The notes beneath the pieces were generated by a model. It saw only the letters and a list, made by a program, of their open reading frames with translations, had not been told where the DNA came from and searched no databases. A stretch of DNA of 64,000 nt, taken from assembly GCA_965205975.1 (NCBI GenBank), contig OZ242195.1, forward strand, positions 3,904,001-3,968,000, written 5' to 3'. Origin of the DNA: Candidatus Latescibacterota bacterium (lineage in GTDB: Bacteria > Latescibacterota > UBA2968). The translations under genes were made by a program, and so were the position numbers. Each line of letters starts with the position of its first letter. Position 1 is the first letter of the stretch. Below, one piece after another: positions 49,625-60,013 of the stretch.

Positions 49625-50908
49625 GTGAAACTGAAATCCGTAACAATTGAAAATTATCGCGCCATAGAAAACCTCGTACTACCTCTTGACCAAAAACTAA
49701 CCGTGTTGCACGGAGCCAATGGGCACGGCAAAACGAGTGTTCTGAGCGCGATTGCTGTGGGTTTGGGAGAGTGGCTGGGATCTTTTCTCAATGAATTGTC
49801 CTTTGATCTTTCCGAGGAGGATTGGCGTGAGGGCGCAGGACCTCCGCAGATCATCGTCGAGTCAATAGATGGAATCATAGGGGAACGACAAGGAGATAAA
49901 GCGACAGATGAACGAGAGGAAGCGCAGAGAATAGCTATCAATGATGCGATGCGGTCGGGATTAGAAGAAGCTCTTGCTACAAGAGAGGAAGATATGCCGA
50001 TAGTCGCCTTCTATGGCACTGATCGCATGTTATCCGATATACCGGACTGGGTATTGTCACAACGTGGTTCCCAATACAAGCCCTCTCGTCGTGACGCACT
50101 GAAGGGTGCCCTTGCCCACACAGATTTCGAGGATCTCTTGACCTGGTTTTATTTTAAAGAAAACGAAGAGCTTCGAGAACGGAGAGAGCGGCGCGATTTC
50201 GATTATCAACTCAAAGATGTATCCATAATTCGTCAGGCGATCTCCTCCATGCTTCCGGAAGTGTCCGACCCACGTATCGAGTTAAACCCACTTCGTTTTG
50301 TGGTATCCCAGAAATCCGAGGAAGGCCGGGCAGAAAAACTCTCCCTCAACCAATTGAGCGGCGGCTATCGCATCGTACTCGCGCTCGCGGCGGATCTCGC
50401 GCGGCGCATGGCACAGGGCAACCCGCACATGGACGACCCGCTCCAATCCGAAGCCATCGTCCTCATCGACGAAATCGAACTCCACCTGCATCCGGCGTGG
50501 CAGCAGCGCATCCTCAACGACCTCATGCGGACATTCCCCAACGCGCAATTCATCGTCACCACCCACAGCCCGCAGGTGCTAACGACAGTCGAGCCAGAGC
50601 GCATTGTAGAACTGTACCGAGATGGTGAAAACATTGTTGCCGAGCCACCTCCAGCAGCAACTTATGGTGCCGAAGCCGGAGATGTTCTCGCTGCGGTAAT
50701 GCATGTGAGCGAAAGACCCGATAACAAATTCACAAAAGTTCTGGATGAATACCGGCGTCTGGTCAGCGAAGGACAGGGCGAAACAACAGACGCCTTGAAG
50801 CTCAGGCGCAGGCTCGAAAAACTCTCGCCCCACGATTACGCCCTTATCAGTGCCGACCTCGAAATTAAGCAACGCAAACTATTCGAGCAAATGGCCGAGT
50901 CCCAATGA
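49625..50908 (+). CDS. ABC-fold ATPase, PtuA-like (Septu/retron effector)
   Basis: GANGHGKT, LSGG, VLIDEIELHLHP, TTHSP; GTG start after AGGAGG. Confidence 0.85.
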   Translation: MKLKSVTIENYRAIENLVLPLDQKLTVLHGANGHGKTSVLSAIAVGLGEWLGSFLNELSFDLSEEDWREGAGPPQIIVESIDGIIGERQGDKATDEREEAQRIAINDAMRSGLEEALATREEDMPIVAFYGTDRMLSDIPDWVLSQRGSQYKPSRRDALKGALAHTDFEDLLTWFYFKENEELRERRERRDFDYQLKDVSIIRQAISSMLPEVSDPRIELNPLRFVVSQKSEEGRAEKLSLNQLSGGYRIVLALAADLARRMAQGNPHMDDPLQSEAIVLIDEIELHLHPAWQQRILNDLMRTFPNAQFIVTTHSPQVLTTVEPERIVELYRDGENIVAEPPPAATYGAEAGDVLAAVMHVSERPDNKFTKVLDEYRRLVSEGQGETTDALKLRRRLEKLSPHDYALISADLEIKQRKLFEQMAESQ

Positions 50909-51633
50909 AGAAAATCCGAGAAGTGAACGAATCTACACCCGGCCTTGCTGAATATCTCAATATTGTGAGAGCCAATGCGAATTGGACCGAATTCTGCTCT
51001 CACAATTCGGGAGCGTCACGCAATGAACTCATGGATGCGCTGGCCCAAAACCAGCATGGACTTTGCGCCTACTGCGAGATTGCAATCCCAGCATGGCCTC
51101 GTCAGATTGAACATGTGATCCCGCAGAGCGACGACGAAATGGGTAAATCAAAGGCCCTCGATATAGCCAATCTGGTCGCCTGTTGTGTAGGTGGAACAGA
51201 ATCGAAGGCCAGTAAGCGCGGGGGAACAAGCTGTGGCCAGGCAAAGGGGAATCAGAACGACGAAAACTTTATTGACCCCCGGCTACTACCCGCCCGACCA
51301 TCGCTTATCAAGGTCCTTAGCGATGGCCTTATCGAAGTTGATGAAAAAGCGTGCGAATCTGAAGGTATTCCTACCGCTCGCGTTAGGAGAACTATTGATG
51401 ATATACTGAACCTCAACGCGGAACGGCTCCGGTTAGCGCGAACAAAATACTGGAACGAACTTGTCGAACGGTCAGGACAATTTGACGGTCCAGATAAAAT
51501 GAACGCCTGGATACGCTCTGTGTTGATACCGGAAGAGGAGGGACAATTGACGCCTTTTTTCACGACGACCCGATCTTACTTTACCCCACGCAGCGAATCC
51601 ATCCTCGCGCAACAACCTCAAACATGGATATAA
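50905..51633 (+). CDS. HNH endonuclease, PtuB/TIGR02646-like
   Basis: QHGLCAYCE, IEHVIP, NLVACC, SCGQAK, LNLN..RL; ATGA overlap with the ATPase. Confidence 0.85.
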   Translation: MKKIREVNESTPGLAEYLNIVRANANWTEFCSHNSGASRNELMDALAQNQHGLCAYCEIAIPAWPRQIEHVIPQSDDEMGKSKALDIANLVACCVGGTESKASKRGGTSCGQAKGNQNDENFIDPRLLPARPSLIKVLSDGLIEVDEKACESEGIPTARVRRTIDDILNLNAERLRLARTKYWNELVERSGQFDGPDKMNAWIRSVLIPEEEGQLTPFFTTTRSYFTPRSESILAQQPQTWI

Positions 51634-51636
51634 ACT

Positions 51637-53997
51637 ATGCCTCCTCGCCGTTCTTCCCAACCAAAACCCCCATCTACACTCACCAACCTCCTATCCCGCC
51701 CCTGGGTACCCGTTGTATTCTTTGCCCTCCTCACAACCGGCTATTTCTATCACATCTTCATCACGGGCGACGTAATCTACGGCACCGACACCGGTGCAGA
51801 ATTTCACAGAGGCAACGAACCCTTTGCAGAAGCCCTGAGCAAATTGCCGCCAAAAAACTGGAGTCGATACATGGGTGGCATGCCAGAATCCGCCGCGCTG
51901 CGCGCCCAATACTATCCCCTCATCGTCATCGACCTCTTCACCAGCCAACACCGCTATTTTGGCTGGCGTTACATCTTTGCCATGTTCACAGCGGGCTACT
52001 TCATGTACCTCTGCGCGCGCAGCTTTGGCCTCCATCCCCTCGCCGCCCTCATCGCGGGTGCGGCCTATGCCTCTGCCCCGGCATTCCTCTCCTTCTCGCA
52101 TGCCGGGCACTATGCAAAAATGACCGTCATCGGCCTCTTCCCCCTCATGTACTGGGCGCTCAACCGCGGCATGGACACGCGGCGCATCATCTACTTTTTA
52201 ATCCTCGGCGGCACCGTCGGCATCGCCATCTACAGCCCGCACCTCCAGATGGCCTACTTCGCCCTCTGGGGACTGGGCCTGCTCTTCCTCTACAAACTCT
52301 TATGGGGCCTGTCCCGCAATGGAACAAAAACCGCCCTCTATCAAACCCTCTTATCAGCAGGCGCGATCTGCCTGGGCCTCGCCATCGGCGCAGAAGGCGT
52401 CATCCCACAATACTGGAACACAAAAACCGCCTCAAAACGCGCCTTCACCGAACAACAAACCGACGAAGGGTATGAATTTGCCTCATCCTGGTCGCTTCAT
52501 CCCGAAGAAATATTCGCCCTCGTCATCCCCGAATTTGTCGCCTTTGACACCAACACAACAGCCCACAAATACTGGGGACGCAACGCCTTCAAAATCAACT
52601 CCGAATACGTCGGCATCGTCCCCCTCTTCTTCGCCATCCTTGCCCTCTCGCGCACGCGCAAAAAAACCCACATCGCATTCCTCCTCGGCCTCTTCATACT
52701 CTCAGTCGCCTACGCACTCGGACCCCACACCCCCTTGCACAAACTCCTCTACCACCTCGTCCCCGGCGTCAGCACATTGCGCGCACCCGGCATGATCGCC
52801 TTCCTCTTTGCCTTTGCGCTGTGCGCCCTCGGCGCGTACGGTCTTCACCGCCTCATAACCGACGACATCACCCCGGAAGCAGCAAAAAAACTCGGCATCG
52901 CAGGCGGGATATGCACCGCAATCCTCCTCTTATTTGCCTTCGTCCCCTCCGCACTCTTATCCTTATGGCAAAACATCGTCTGGACAGACATACCCTCCTC
53001 CCGTCAGCAAATCGCCCAGGCGAACCTCACCCATACAGGACAGGGCGCATTGCTCGCCGCACTCTTCGTCGGCACACTCACCGCCATCTCGTATCTCCGC
53101 GCACAAAACAAACTCCAAATCCACACCTTTGCCCTTGTGCTCCTCACCGTCCTCCTCATCGACACATGGCGCATCGACAAACTATTTCTCAACTATGCCA
53201 ACCCCAACCGCGTTCTACCAGAAGAGCGCGTCAATGCCGACGCCGTTGCCTTCCTCAAACGGGACAACAGCCTCTTCCGCGTACTCGCCCTACCCGACCA
53301 CAACCAGATGCCCTTGCCCGGCATAGACCTCGTAACCGGATTTCACGACTTCGCCATCAGGCGTTATGATCACATCCTCAAATCCGGAGCCATCAACAAC
53401 CCCGCGATCCTCAACCTCCTCAACACCAGATACATCGTCGCACCCTCTGAACTGAACATCCCATATCTCGAAAAAATTGCCGGACGCCAGGGCCTGCACA
53501 TCTACCGCAACCCCGGTGCGCTACCGTGGTTTTATCTCGCGCCCCAATACGAAATCATCCCCGATGAAAACCAGATCCTCCAAAAACTGACCGACCCCAA
53601 CACCAACCCCATGCAAACAGCAATCATCGAAGAAAACCCCGGCATCACCCCCGACCCCAACGCCAGCGAACCGGGCAGCGTCAAACGCCTCGAATACAAC
53701 GAACACCAGGGCCATCTCAAACTCAGCACAACAGCCCCCGGACCCCGCATCCTCGTCATCTCGCAAAACCACCACCCCAACTGGACTGCCACCGTCAACG
53801 GCGAACCCAAACCCCTCATCCGCGCCAACTACCTCTGGACCGCAGTCGCGCTTGAACCCGGCGAACACATCGTCGAACTCACCTACCGCGACCCCATCGT
53901 AGCCACCACGCGCTGGATCACACTCGGCGGCGTTATCATCCTCATCGCGGCAATCGCGCTGAGCCTGTACAAACCCCATGAAAAAACCCACAACTGA
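51637..53997 (+). CDS. YfhO-like GT-C membrane protein
   Basis: GGMPE, many TMs, YVG, C-terminal HPNWTATVNG...RANY...PGEH.V..Y. Confidence 0.85.
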   Translation: MPPRRSSQPKPPSTLTNLLSRPWVPVVFFALLTTGYFYHIFITGDVIYGTDTGAEFHRGNEPFAEALSKLPPKNWSRYMGGMPESAALRAQYYPLIVIDLFTSQHRYFGWRYIFAMFTAGYFMYLCARSFGLHPLAALIAGAAYASAPAFLSFSHAGHYAKMTVIGLFPLMYWALNRGMDTRRIIYFLILGGTVGIAIYSPHLQMAYFALWGLGLLFLYKLLWGLSRNGTKTALYQTLLSAGAICLGLAIGAEGVIPQYWNTKTASKRAFTEQQTDEGYEFASSWSLHPEEIFALVIPEFVAFDTNTTAHKYWGRNAFKINSEYVGIVPLFFAILALSRTRKKTHIAFLLGLFILSVAYALGPHTPLHKLLYHLVPGVSTLRAPGMIAFLFAFALCALGAYGLHRLITDDITPEAAKKLGIAGGICTAILLLFAFVPSALLSLWQNIVWTDIPSSRQQIAQANLTHTGQGALLAALFVGTLTAISYLRAQNKLQIHTFALVLLTVLLIDTWRIDKLFLNYANPNRVLPEERVNADAVAFLKRDNSLFRVLALPDHNQMPLPGIDLVTGFHDFAIRRYDHILKSGAINNPAILNLLNTRYIVAPSELNIPYLEKIAGRQGLHIYRNPGALPWFYLAPQYEIIPDENQILQKLTDPNTNPMQTAIIEENPGITPDPNASEPGSVKRLEYNEHQGHLKLSTTAPGPRILVISQNHHPNWTATVNGEPKPLIRANYLWTAVALEPGEHIVELTYRDPIVATTRWITLGGVIILIAAIALSLYKPHEKTHN

Positions 53998-55519
53998 AAA
54001 ATCCGCCATCCAGCGCATTGCCCGCGGCACAATCCAGACCTTCGGCAGCACCTACCCCGCGCGACTCATCAACTTCGCGGTCCTCCTCCTGCTCTATCAG
54101 ATCCTCGTCCCCGAAGACTTTGGCGCCATCGCAACAGCCTATTCCATACTCGTCCTTATAATCGCCATCCGCGACCTCGGCTTGCACTACGCCCTCTTGC
54201 ACGAACACGACAACGTCCACGACCTCGCCCCCACACACTTTGTACTCAGCGTCAGCCTGGGCAGCATCAGCACACTCCTCGCCCTGTGCATCGCCCTCTA
54301 TTCCGAGCACCTGTTTGAACTCACCCGCACATTCAACACCTACATCACAGACACCGATACAGAACAAACCTACCCCAAAGTCGCCATCGCTCTGGGCATA
54401 CTGGGCGCATTCGACCTGATCCGAACAGCCGCTCTCACCGCCGAAACCCAACTCCAGCGCGACCTCGAATTCGGGCGCCTCGCCTTTGCACATGCAGGCG
54501 GAACCATCCTCGCAGCCCTCGTCGGCCTCGCCGTTGCCTACCTCGGATACGGCAAATGGGCACTCATCTTCGGATTCTTCCCATACAGCGTCACCTACAT
54601 CCTCTTCTATTGCACCGTCGTCTGGCTCCGCCATCCCCCGCCCCTGAACCAGCTACACACCTTCAACGCACAAGCCGCGCGGCGCATGATCCGCTACGGC
54701 TTATGGTTCTGGATCGGCGGCATACCCAAAATCTTCATTCAACACTACGACAAACTCATCATCAGCCTGTTCTTCGGACTAAGCCTGCGCGGCATATACG
54801 ACGCCGCACACAATTTTGCACAGATACCCACCGGAGCCATCACCATGGTCATGGTACGCATCACCGCCACAGTGTACGCGCGCTACCAGAACAACCGCGA
54901 CCAACTCTCCGCAGCATACCGCCGAACCTCGCGCCTCATCCTCCGCACCACAGTCCCCATCTCCCTCGTGCTCGCGCTCGAAGCCAACCGATGGATCCAC
55001 ATCTTCAAACCCGACTGGGCACCTGCCGCCCCCCTCCTCCAATGGCTCATCATCTACGCCCTCTGTCGCCCCATACTCGACGATATACACGCCCTATTTT
55101 ACAGCGCAGGCAGCCCCAAAAGCATCGCAAAATTCTCTGCGGCGCAAGCCCTCATCCTCCTCATCCTCGCCCCCTATCTCGCCCATCACATGGACGCCAC
55201 AGGCATCGCCATCAGCATGAACGCCATCGCCCTCGTCGGCCTCATCCTCGCACTCATCCTCGTACGCGCACATGTCGATATCCCCATCGCCAAAACTTAT
55301 GCCCCCCCGCTCATCGCCGCAGCCATTGGCACGGGCCTGCACTTTGCCAGTTCCGAATGGCTCAACACATTGCCAATACTGCTGGGCGTCCTCGCAGGCA
55401 GCGCGATCTTCACCACAGGTTATGGCTCGGGCCTCCTCATCCTCGAACGCAAAACAATAATCGACGAAATCAAAACCGTCATCCGCGCCATCAAACCTGG
55501 ATCAGGATTTACAGGATGA
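53978..55519 (+). CDS. Wzx-type oligosaccharide flippase
   Basis: PEDFG, RDLGL, LQRDLEF; multi-TM. Confidence 0.85.
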   Translation: MKKPTTEKSAIQRIARGTIQTFGSTYPARLINFAVLLLLYQILVPEDFGAIATAYSILVLIIAIRDLGLHYALLHEHDNVHDLAPTHFVLSVSLGSISTLLALCIALYSEHLFELTRTFNTYITDTDTEQTYPKVAIALGILGAFDLIRTAALTAETQLQRDLEFGRLAFAHAGGTILAALVGLAVAYLGYGKWALIFGFFPYSVTYILFYCTVVWLRHPPPLNQLHTFNAQAARRMIRYGLWFWIGGIPKIFIQHYDKLIISLFFGLSLRGIYDAAHNFAQIPTGAITMVMVRITATVYARYQNNRDQLSAAYRRTSRLILRTTVPISLVLALEANRWIHIFKPDWAPAAPLLQWLIIYALCRPILDDIHALFYSAGSPKSIAKFSAAQALILLILAPYLAHHMDATGIAISMNAIALVGLILALILVRAHVDIPIAKTYAPPLIAAAIGTGLHFASSEWLNTLPILLGVLAGSAIFTTGYGSGLLILERKTIIDEIKTVIRAIKPGSGFTG

Positions 55520-55628
55520 AAGGATGGACAGGATGAAAGGATGGACAGGATGAAAAGCAAAAACCTTCTGGATCGCGGCTCAACTTCATAGCCTGCCCCT
55601 GTATGCTTTAAGCAGGGGCCGCGATGAC
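55505..55628. repeat. ggatgaaaggatggaca tandem repeat plus a CGTC-type palindrome with nested 27 bp hairpin
   Basis: Same architecture as 9752-10000 and 19301-19362. Confidence 0.85.
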
Positions 55629-55720
55629 GGCTCTACCCTTAATTGTATTGACATGAAAAAAACAGGGACGAACACACAGACTCGCCCCCACCATTTACCT
55701 GACACAATTTCAGATCGGGA

Positions 55721-56068
55721 TTACACAGCAGCCTCTGAAGATCTTTCGCGCTCCAAAAGCTGTAAACACAACGCACGTATCTTTTCCAACTCGTGCAAAA
55801 ATTCGCGCTGGGCTTCTTCAGCGGGCAAACTCTCAAATAAATCTGGCAACTGCACCCCGCGGCTCATAACCATATTGGCTTCTCGGCTCTGGAAATGCTT
55901 GCGGACATAGAGACAGTTATCCGCGTGATAAAAGCGTCCAATCGCCTCAGAAGGACTCAAAGCACCACTATGTAAGGACTGCACAAGCCCCAGATTCAAA
56001 AATGCAAAAAATGCCAACCCAGACTCCCCATTGGAATCTGAAAGAAGAATGCGATGATGTGCTTTCAT
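55721..56068 (-). CDS. Hypothetical helical protein, DUF3969-like immunity candidate
   Basis: FFAFLNLGLVQSL..G.LS..EA...FY...GVQLPDLFESLP pattern; ATGA overlap with the upstream gene. Confidence 0.6.
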   Translation of the reverse strand: MKAHHRILLSDSNGESGLAFFAFLNLGLVQSLHSGALSPSEAIGRFYHADNCLYVRKHFQSREANMVMSRGVQLPDLFESLPAEEAQREFLHELEKIRALCLQLLERERSSEAAV

Positions 56069-56307
56069 AAATTCACCGAAAAGTATTTTACACCTGCAAC
56101 ATGGCCAGATTCGTGTTCAAAATAATGGACCTCGCCAGTGTTGCCTTTTTTAATAACCTTTTGCCATCTTCCGGCCCGTAAGTTTCTCAATACATGCATA
56201 ACAGAACGATTGCGAACTGGATATTTAACTGTTCCACCTCGAATAGGGCTCCATCCCAAAGGCACTGATCCAGATGCATAGACATTTGGATAGAGATAGA
56301 GCGGCAT
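56065..56307 (-). CDS. Small basic protein, candidate nuclease toxin
   Basis: GRWQKV...EVHYFEHESG.V..VK; GAGG RBS; TTGATA-N17-TATTTT upstream (56377-56349). Confidence 0.6.
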   Translation of the reverse strand: MPLYLYPNVYASGSVPLGWSPIRGGTVKYPVRNRSVMHVLRNLRAGRWQKVIKKGNTGEVHYFEHESGHVAGVKYFSVNL

Positions 56308-56427
56308 TCAAAAGACCTCACACGAGCAATATATCTCTTATTCTTATCAAAATACATCTATAATGTATATATATCAAGCCCATCTCGGACGTTTTTTTGC
56401 ATATCGCCATCAACTCCTGAACCGCTA

Positions 56428-56456
56428 TTGACATTTGCCCCTATTTTCATTATTAT
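56428..56456 (+). promoter_or_regulatory. Sigma-70-like promoter
   Basis: TTGACA-N17-TATTAT. Confidence 0.6.
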
Positions 56457-56487
56457 TCTAAAAATAATTATTATTGAAAGAATAATA

Positions 56488-57894
56488 ATGAAATTCTACG
56501 ACAGAGAAACAGAACTCGCACTCCTGCGAGAACTCACCGAAAGATCAACCCAATATTCTCAATTCACCGCAATCTTTGGGCGACGTCGCATAGGAAAAAC
56601 AGAACTCGTGCGCCAGCATCTCCAGAATCGCGGCATCTATTTCTTTGTCGAAAAGCGCCCTTCAAATGCCCTCCTCGCCGAATTCTCCGCCACCCTCAAA
56701 TCGCACATTGCCCACGCGCCCACTTTTACAGATTGGAAAGACTTTTTCGTATTCCTCTTTGCCGAAACCCAGCGCCAGCCCCTGATCGTCGTCTTCGATG
56801 AATTTCAAAACTTCCTCACCATCGAACCCGCCATCTATTCCATCCTCCAGGACGTGTGGGACACATGGCAAAAACAATCCAGAATCCATCTCATCGCCAT
56901 AGGTTCTGTCGTCGGCCTGATGAAAAAAGTCTTCCAGGACGCCAAAGAACCCCTCTACGGCCGCCTCACCCGGGAAATAGACCTCAGCCCCTTACCCATC
57001 GACGCCATCTATCAAATCGCCACAGAACTCGACTTTCAATCGCCCACAGACATCCTGACCCTCTACGGCATCTTCGGCGGCATGCCCCGGTACTACGAAA
57101 TCATAGAAAGCATGGACCTGGGTGGCAACACCATCCCCCACATTCTCCATCACGCATTATTCACCCCCTTTGCCCCCTTTCGCAATGAAATGCGCGACAT
57201 CATCCTCTCCGAATTTGGAAACACGGCCCACACCTACCTAGCAATCCTCGAAGCCATCGCCACGGGCAAAACCCGCCGATCTGAAATCGCAGGTCCCGTC
57301 GGACTACCAGCCACGAGCCTGTCCAAATACCTGCGCGAATTATCCGACCTATTCGACCTCATCGAACGCGAAGTACCCGTCACCGAACGACCATGGAAAA
57401 CAAAAAAAAGCCGCTATAAAATCCGCGACCCCTTTATCACATTCTGGATGCGATTCATCTACCGGCAATTGAGCATCTACGAATCGGGCAATTTTCCGTA
57501 CTTCCTCAATCGCCTCGACACTTACATATCGGAATTCATGGGCTTTGCCTTTGAAAACATCACGCGAGAACTCTTAATCCAACGCAACCACCAAAACGCC
57601 GCGCCCTTCTACTTTCACAGAATCGGACGCTGGTGGGACAGACAAAGCGAAATAGACCTCGTCGCCCACAACTCCGAAACCCGGCAAACCCTCTTTGTCG
57701 AATGCAAATGGACATCCACCCCCGTTGGCACAGACGTCCTGCAAACCCTCAAACACCGCGCCCAAAAGCTCCCAACCTCGGAGGCTTTTTATCTCATCAC
57801 CTCCAAATCCGGATTCACCGACACCCTCAAAAATCTCCGCGACCCGTACCTCCACCTCTGGGACCCAGACGACATCGCGACATTTTTGATTTAG
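56488..57894 (+). CDS. Archaeal-type ATPase with wHTH and DUF234/PD-(D/E)xK C-terminus
   Basis: FYDRETEL, GRRRIGKT, FDEFQ, FGGMPRY, RWW..EIDLV..ECKW. Confidence 0.9.
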   Translation: MKFYDRETELALLRELTERSTQYSQFTAIFGRRRIGKTELVRQHLQNRGIYFFVEKRPSNALLAEFSATLKSHIAHAPTFTDWKDFFVFLFAETQRQPLIVVFDEFQNFLTIEPAIYSILQDVWDTWQKQSRIHLIAIGSVVGLMKKVFQDAKEPLYGRLTREIDLSPLPIDAIYQIATELDFQSPTDILTLYGIFGGMPRYYEIIESMDLGGNTIPHILHHALFTPFAPFRNEMRDIILSEFGNTAHTYLAILEAIATGKTRRSEIAGPVGLPATSLSKYLRELSDLFDLIEREVPVTERPWKTKKSRYKIRDPFITFWMRFIYRQLSIYESGNFPYFLNRLDTYISEFMGFAFENITRELLIQRNHQNAAPFYFHRIGRWWDRQSEIDLVAHNSETRQTLFVECKWTSTPVGTDVLQTLKHRAQKLPTSEAFYLITSKSGFTDTLKNLRDPYLHLWDPDDIATFLI

Positions 57895-57975
57895 AATTTG
57901 ACCTTTCCCGATCAAAACCCTATTTTTTCCATTCGCAAAATCACCAACTGATAGCGGAATGCTGGAAGCACATCC

Positions 57976-59028
57976 ATGAAAACCCTCCTCGTCACTGGCT
58001 CATCGGGCCTCATAGGCTCGGAAGTCTGCATCTATTTTTCCGAACAGGGATATATTGTCCACGGTATAGACAACAATCAACGCGCCGTCTTTTTTGGTCC
58101 CCAGGGAGACACGCGCTGGAATCAAAAACGTCTGAACAGCGTCTTAAAACACTTCCACCACCACGAAATAGACATCCGCGACCGTATGGGCATCTGCGAA
58201 CGCCTCTCCCAAATAAAACCCAACGCCATCATACACGCAGCCGCCCAACCCTCGCACGACCTCGCCGCACGCATCCCCTTTGACGACTTTGACACCAACG
58301 CCGTCGGCACGCTCAACCTCCTCGAAGCCGCGCGTCAAACCTGTCCCGAATCCCCCTTCATCCACATGTCCACCAACAAAGTCTATGGCGATGCCCCCAA
58401 CCACATCCCCTTAAAAGAATTAGACACCCGCTATGATTACGACGACCCCGCGTACAAACACGGCATCCCCGAAACATTGACCATCGACCAGTCCGTACAC
58501 TCCCTCTTTGGCGCATCCAAAGTCGCCGCCGACATCATGGTACAGGAATACGGGCGTTACTTTTCCATGCCCACCTGCTGCCTGCGCGGCGGATGCCTCA
58601 CCGGACCCAATCACAGCGGCGTTGAACTCCACGGCTTCTTGAGCTATCTAATCAAATGCAACATGGAAAACCACACGTACACCATCTTCGGTTACAAAGG
58701 CAAACAGGTTCGCGACAATATCCACGCCCTCGACGTCGCCCGCTTCATGTGGGCCTTTGTCCAATCGCCCCGATGCGGCGAAGTCTATAACCTCGGCGGC
58801 GGCAAAAACAACAGCTGCTCCATCCTCGAAGCATTCGATCTCGCCGCCCGGTATTCCGAAAAAAAAATGCAATACACCTATACCGACCAGAACCGCGAAG
58901 GCGACCATATATGCTATTACAGCGACCTCCGCAAAATGAAATCGCACTACCCCAACTGGGACATCACAAAAACCCTCGAAGACACCTTTGCCGAAATTGT
59001 CGCAAGCTGGCAGAAACGGCTCGTATAA
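57976..59028 (+). CDS. NAD-dependent nucleotide-sugar epimerase (CDP-paratose 2-epimerase-like)
   Basis: [26 protein letters not shown]. Confidence 0.88.
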   Translation: MKTLLVTGSSGLIGSEVCIYFSEQGYIVHGIDNNQRAVFFGPQGDTRWNQKRLNSVLKHFHHHEIDIRDRMGICERLSQIKPNAIIHAAAQPSHDLAARIPFDDFDTNAVGTLNLLEAARQTCPESPFIHMSTNKVYGDAPNHIPLKELDTRYDYDDPAYKHGIPETLTIDQSVHSLFGASKVAADIMVQEYGRYFSMPTCCLRGGCLTGPNHSGVELHGFLSYLIKCNMENHTYTIFGYKGKQVRDNIHALDVARFMWAFVQSPRCGEVYNLGGGKNNSCSILEAFDLAARYSEKKMQYTYTDQNREGDHICYYSDLRKMKSHYPNWDITKTLEDTFAEIVASWQKRLV

Positions 59029-59043
59029 TCGGAGAACCTAATT

Positions 59044-60000
59044 ATGAAAATCCAGGTCTATGCCGCTCACGAAGGCGTACAGGAAAGTTTGTTTCGCGAA
59101 TGGGTCGCATGCGGCCACGAAATCTACCTCACCGAAGGCTTTGGAAAATGGGAGGAGATACATGCTGCGTTACCCAAAGGGGTTAAACGCGGATACTCGA
59201 ACAACCCCGATGTCGTATGGGTTGGGATAACACAGGATATGCGCAACGCCCTGCTGTACAAATGGAAAAAACTCCGCCCGGGTATTCCCATAGTACTCAC
59301 GCACTGGTGGGTACCCTCAATCAGGCGATTTGCGGGAACCGTGTACAAATTTGCCCATCAAGTCAGCGTGTGCGAATGGGGACGCGAATATCTTTTGAAA
59401 CACCATAACATGGACTCCGCAGTCATGTATTGCCCGGTAGATCCAGACATCTTCACCTTAAGAGAAGAAGACCCCGACCCCAAGCGCGTCCTGTGCATTG
59501 GCCATCACTTTGTCTCACGCGACATCATGGGCTGGGAATACCTAAAACCCATCATGCACAAAGTCTATGAACAAGACCCCGAAGTACACTTCGAATTCCT
59601 GGGCATCAATCCCGAAATCGACCCCAACAACTATCCCAATGTCTCTACACGCGCAGTCCTCCAAAACGAAATGCCCGATTACGAGGCCAGAGCGCGGTGT
59701 GTCGTCATCACCACCACCTTCAACCTCATCCCGCACTCGCTATTGGGCGCAATGGCACTGGGACGCAATGTTGTCGCATTTGATCTTCCATCGCTACGCG
59801 AAGTCATCGAACACGAAAAAAGCGGGTACCTCATCCCGCGTTACGACACCGACGCCTTTGCCAAACAGATCCTCGAACTCACCAGCACACCCGTCAACCC
59901 GAAAATAGGCCGCAAAGCACGCGAGAGTGCATTGGGCAAAGCCGACCATCGACTCGTGGCATCGCAGTATGAAGCATTTTTTGAAAAAATTATAAAATAA
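59044..60000 (+). CDS. GT4-like glycosyltransferase
   Basis: AMALG..VVAFD...EVIEH..SG C-terminal fold; the usual acidic EX7E residues are replaced. Confidence 0.75.
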   Translation: MKIQVYAAHEGVQESLFREWVACGHEIYLTEGFGKWEEIHAALPKGVKRGYSNNPDVVWVGITQDMRNALLYKWKKLRPGIPIVLTHWWVPSIRRFAGTVYKFAHQVSVCEWGREYLLKHHNMDSAVMYCPVDPDIFTLREEDPDPKRVLCIGHHFVSRDIMGWEYLKPIMHKVYEQDPEVHFEFLGINPEIDPNNYPNVSTRAVLQNEMPDYEARARCVVITTTFNLIPHSLLGAMALGRNVVAFDLPSLREVIEHEKSGYLIPRYDTDAFAKQILELTSTPVNPKIGRKARESALGKADHRLVASQYEAFFEKIIK

Positions 60001-60013
60001 GAGGATTCATATC

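Noticed and set aside
49565..51636. Complete retron
   Set aside because: No reverse transcriptase and no space for the ncRNA
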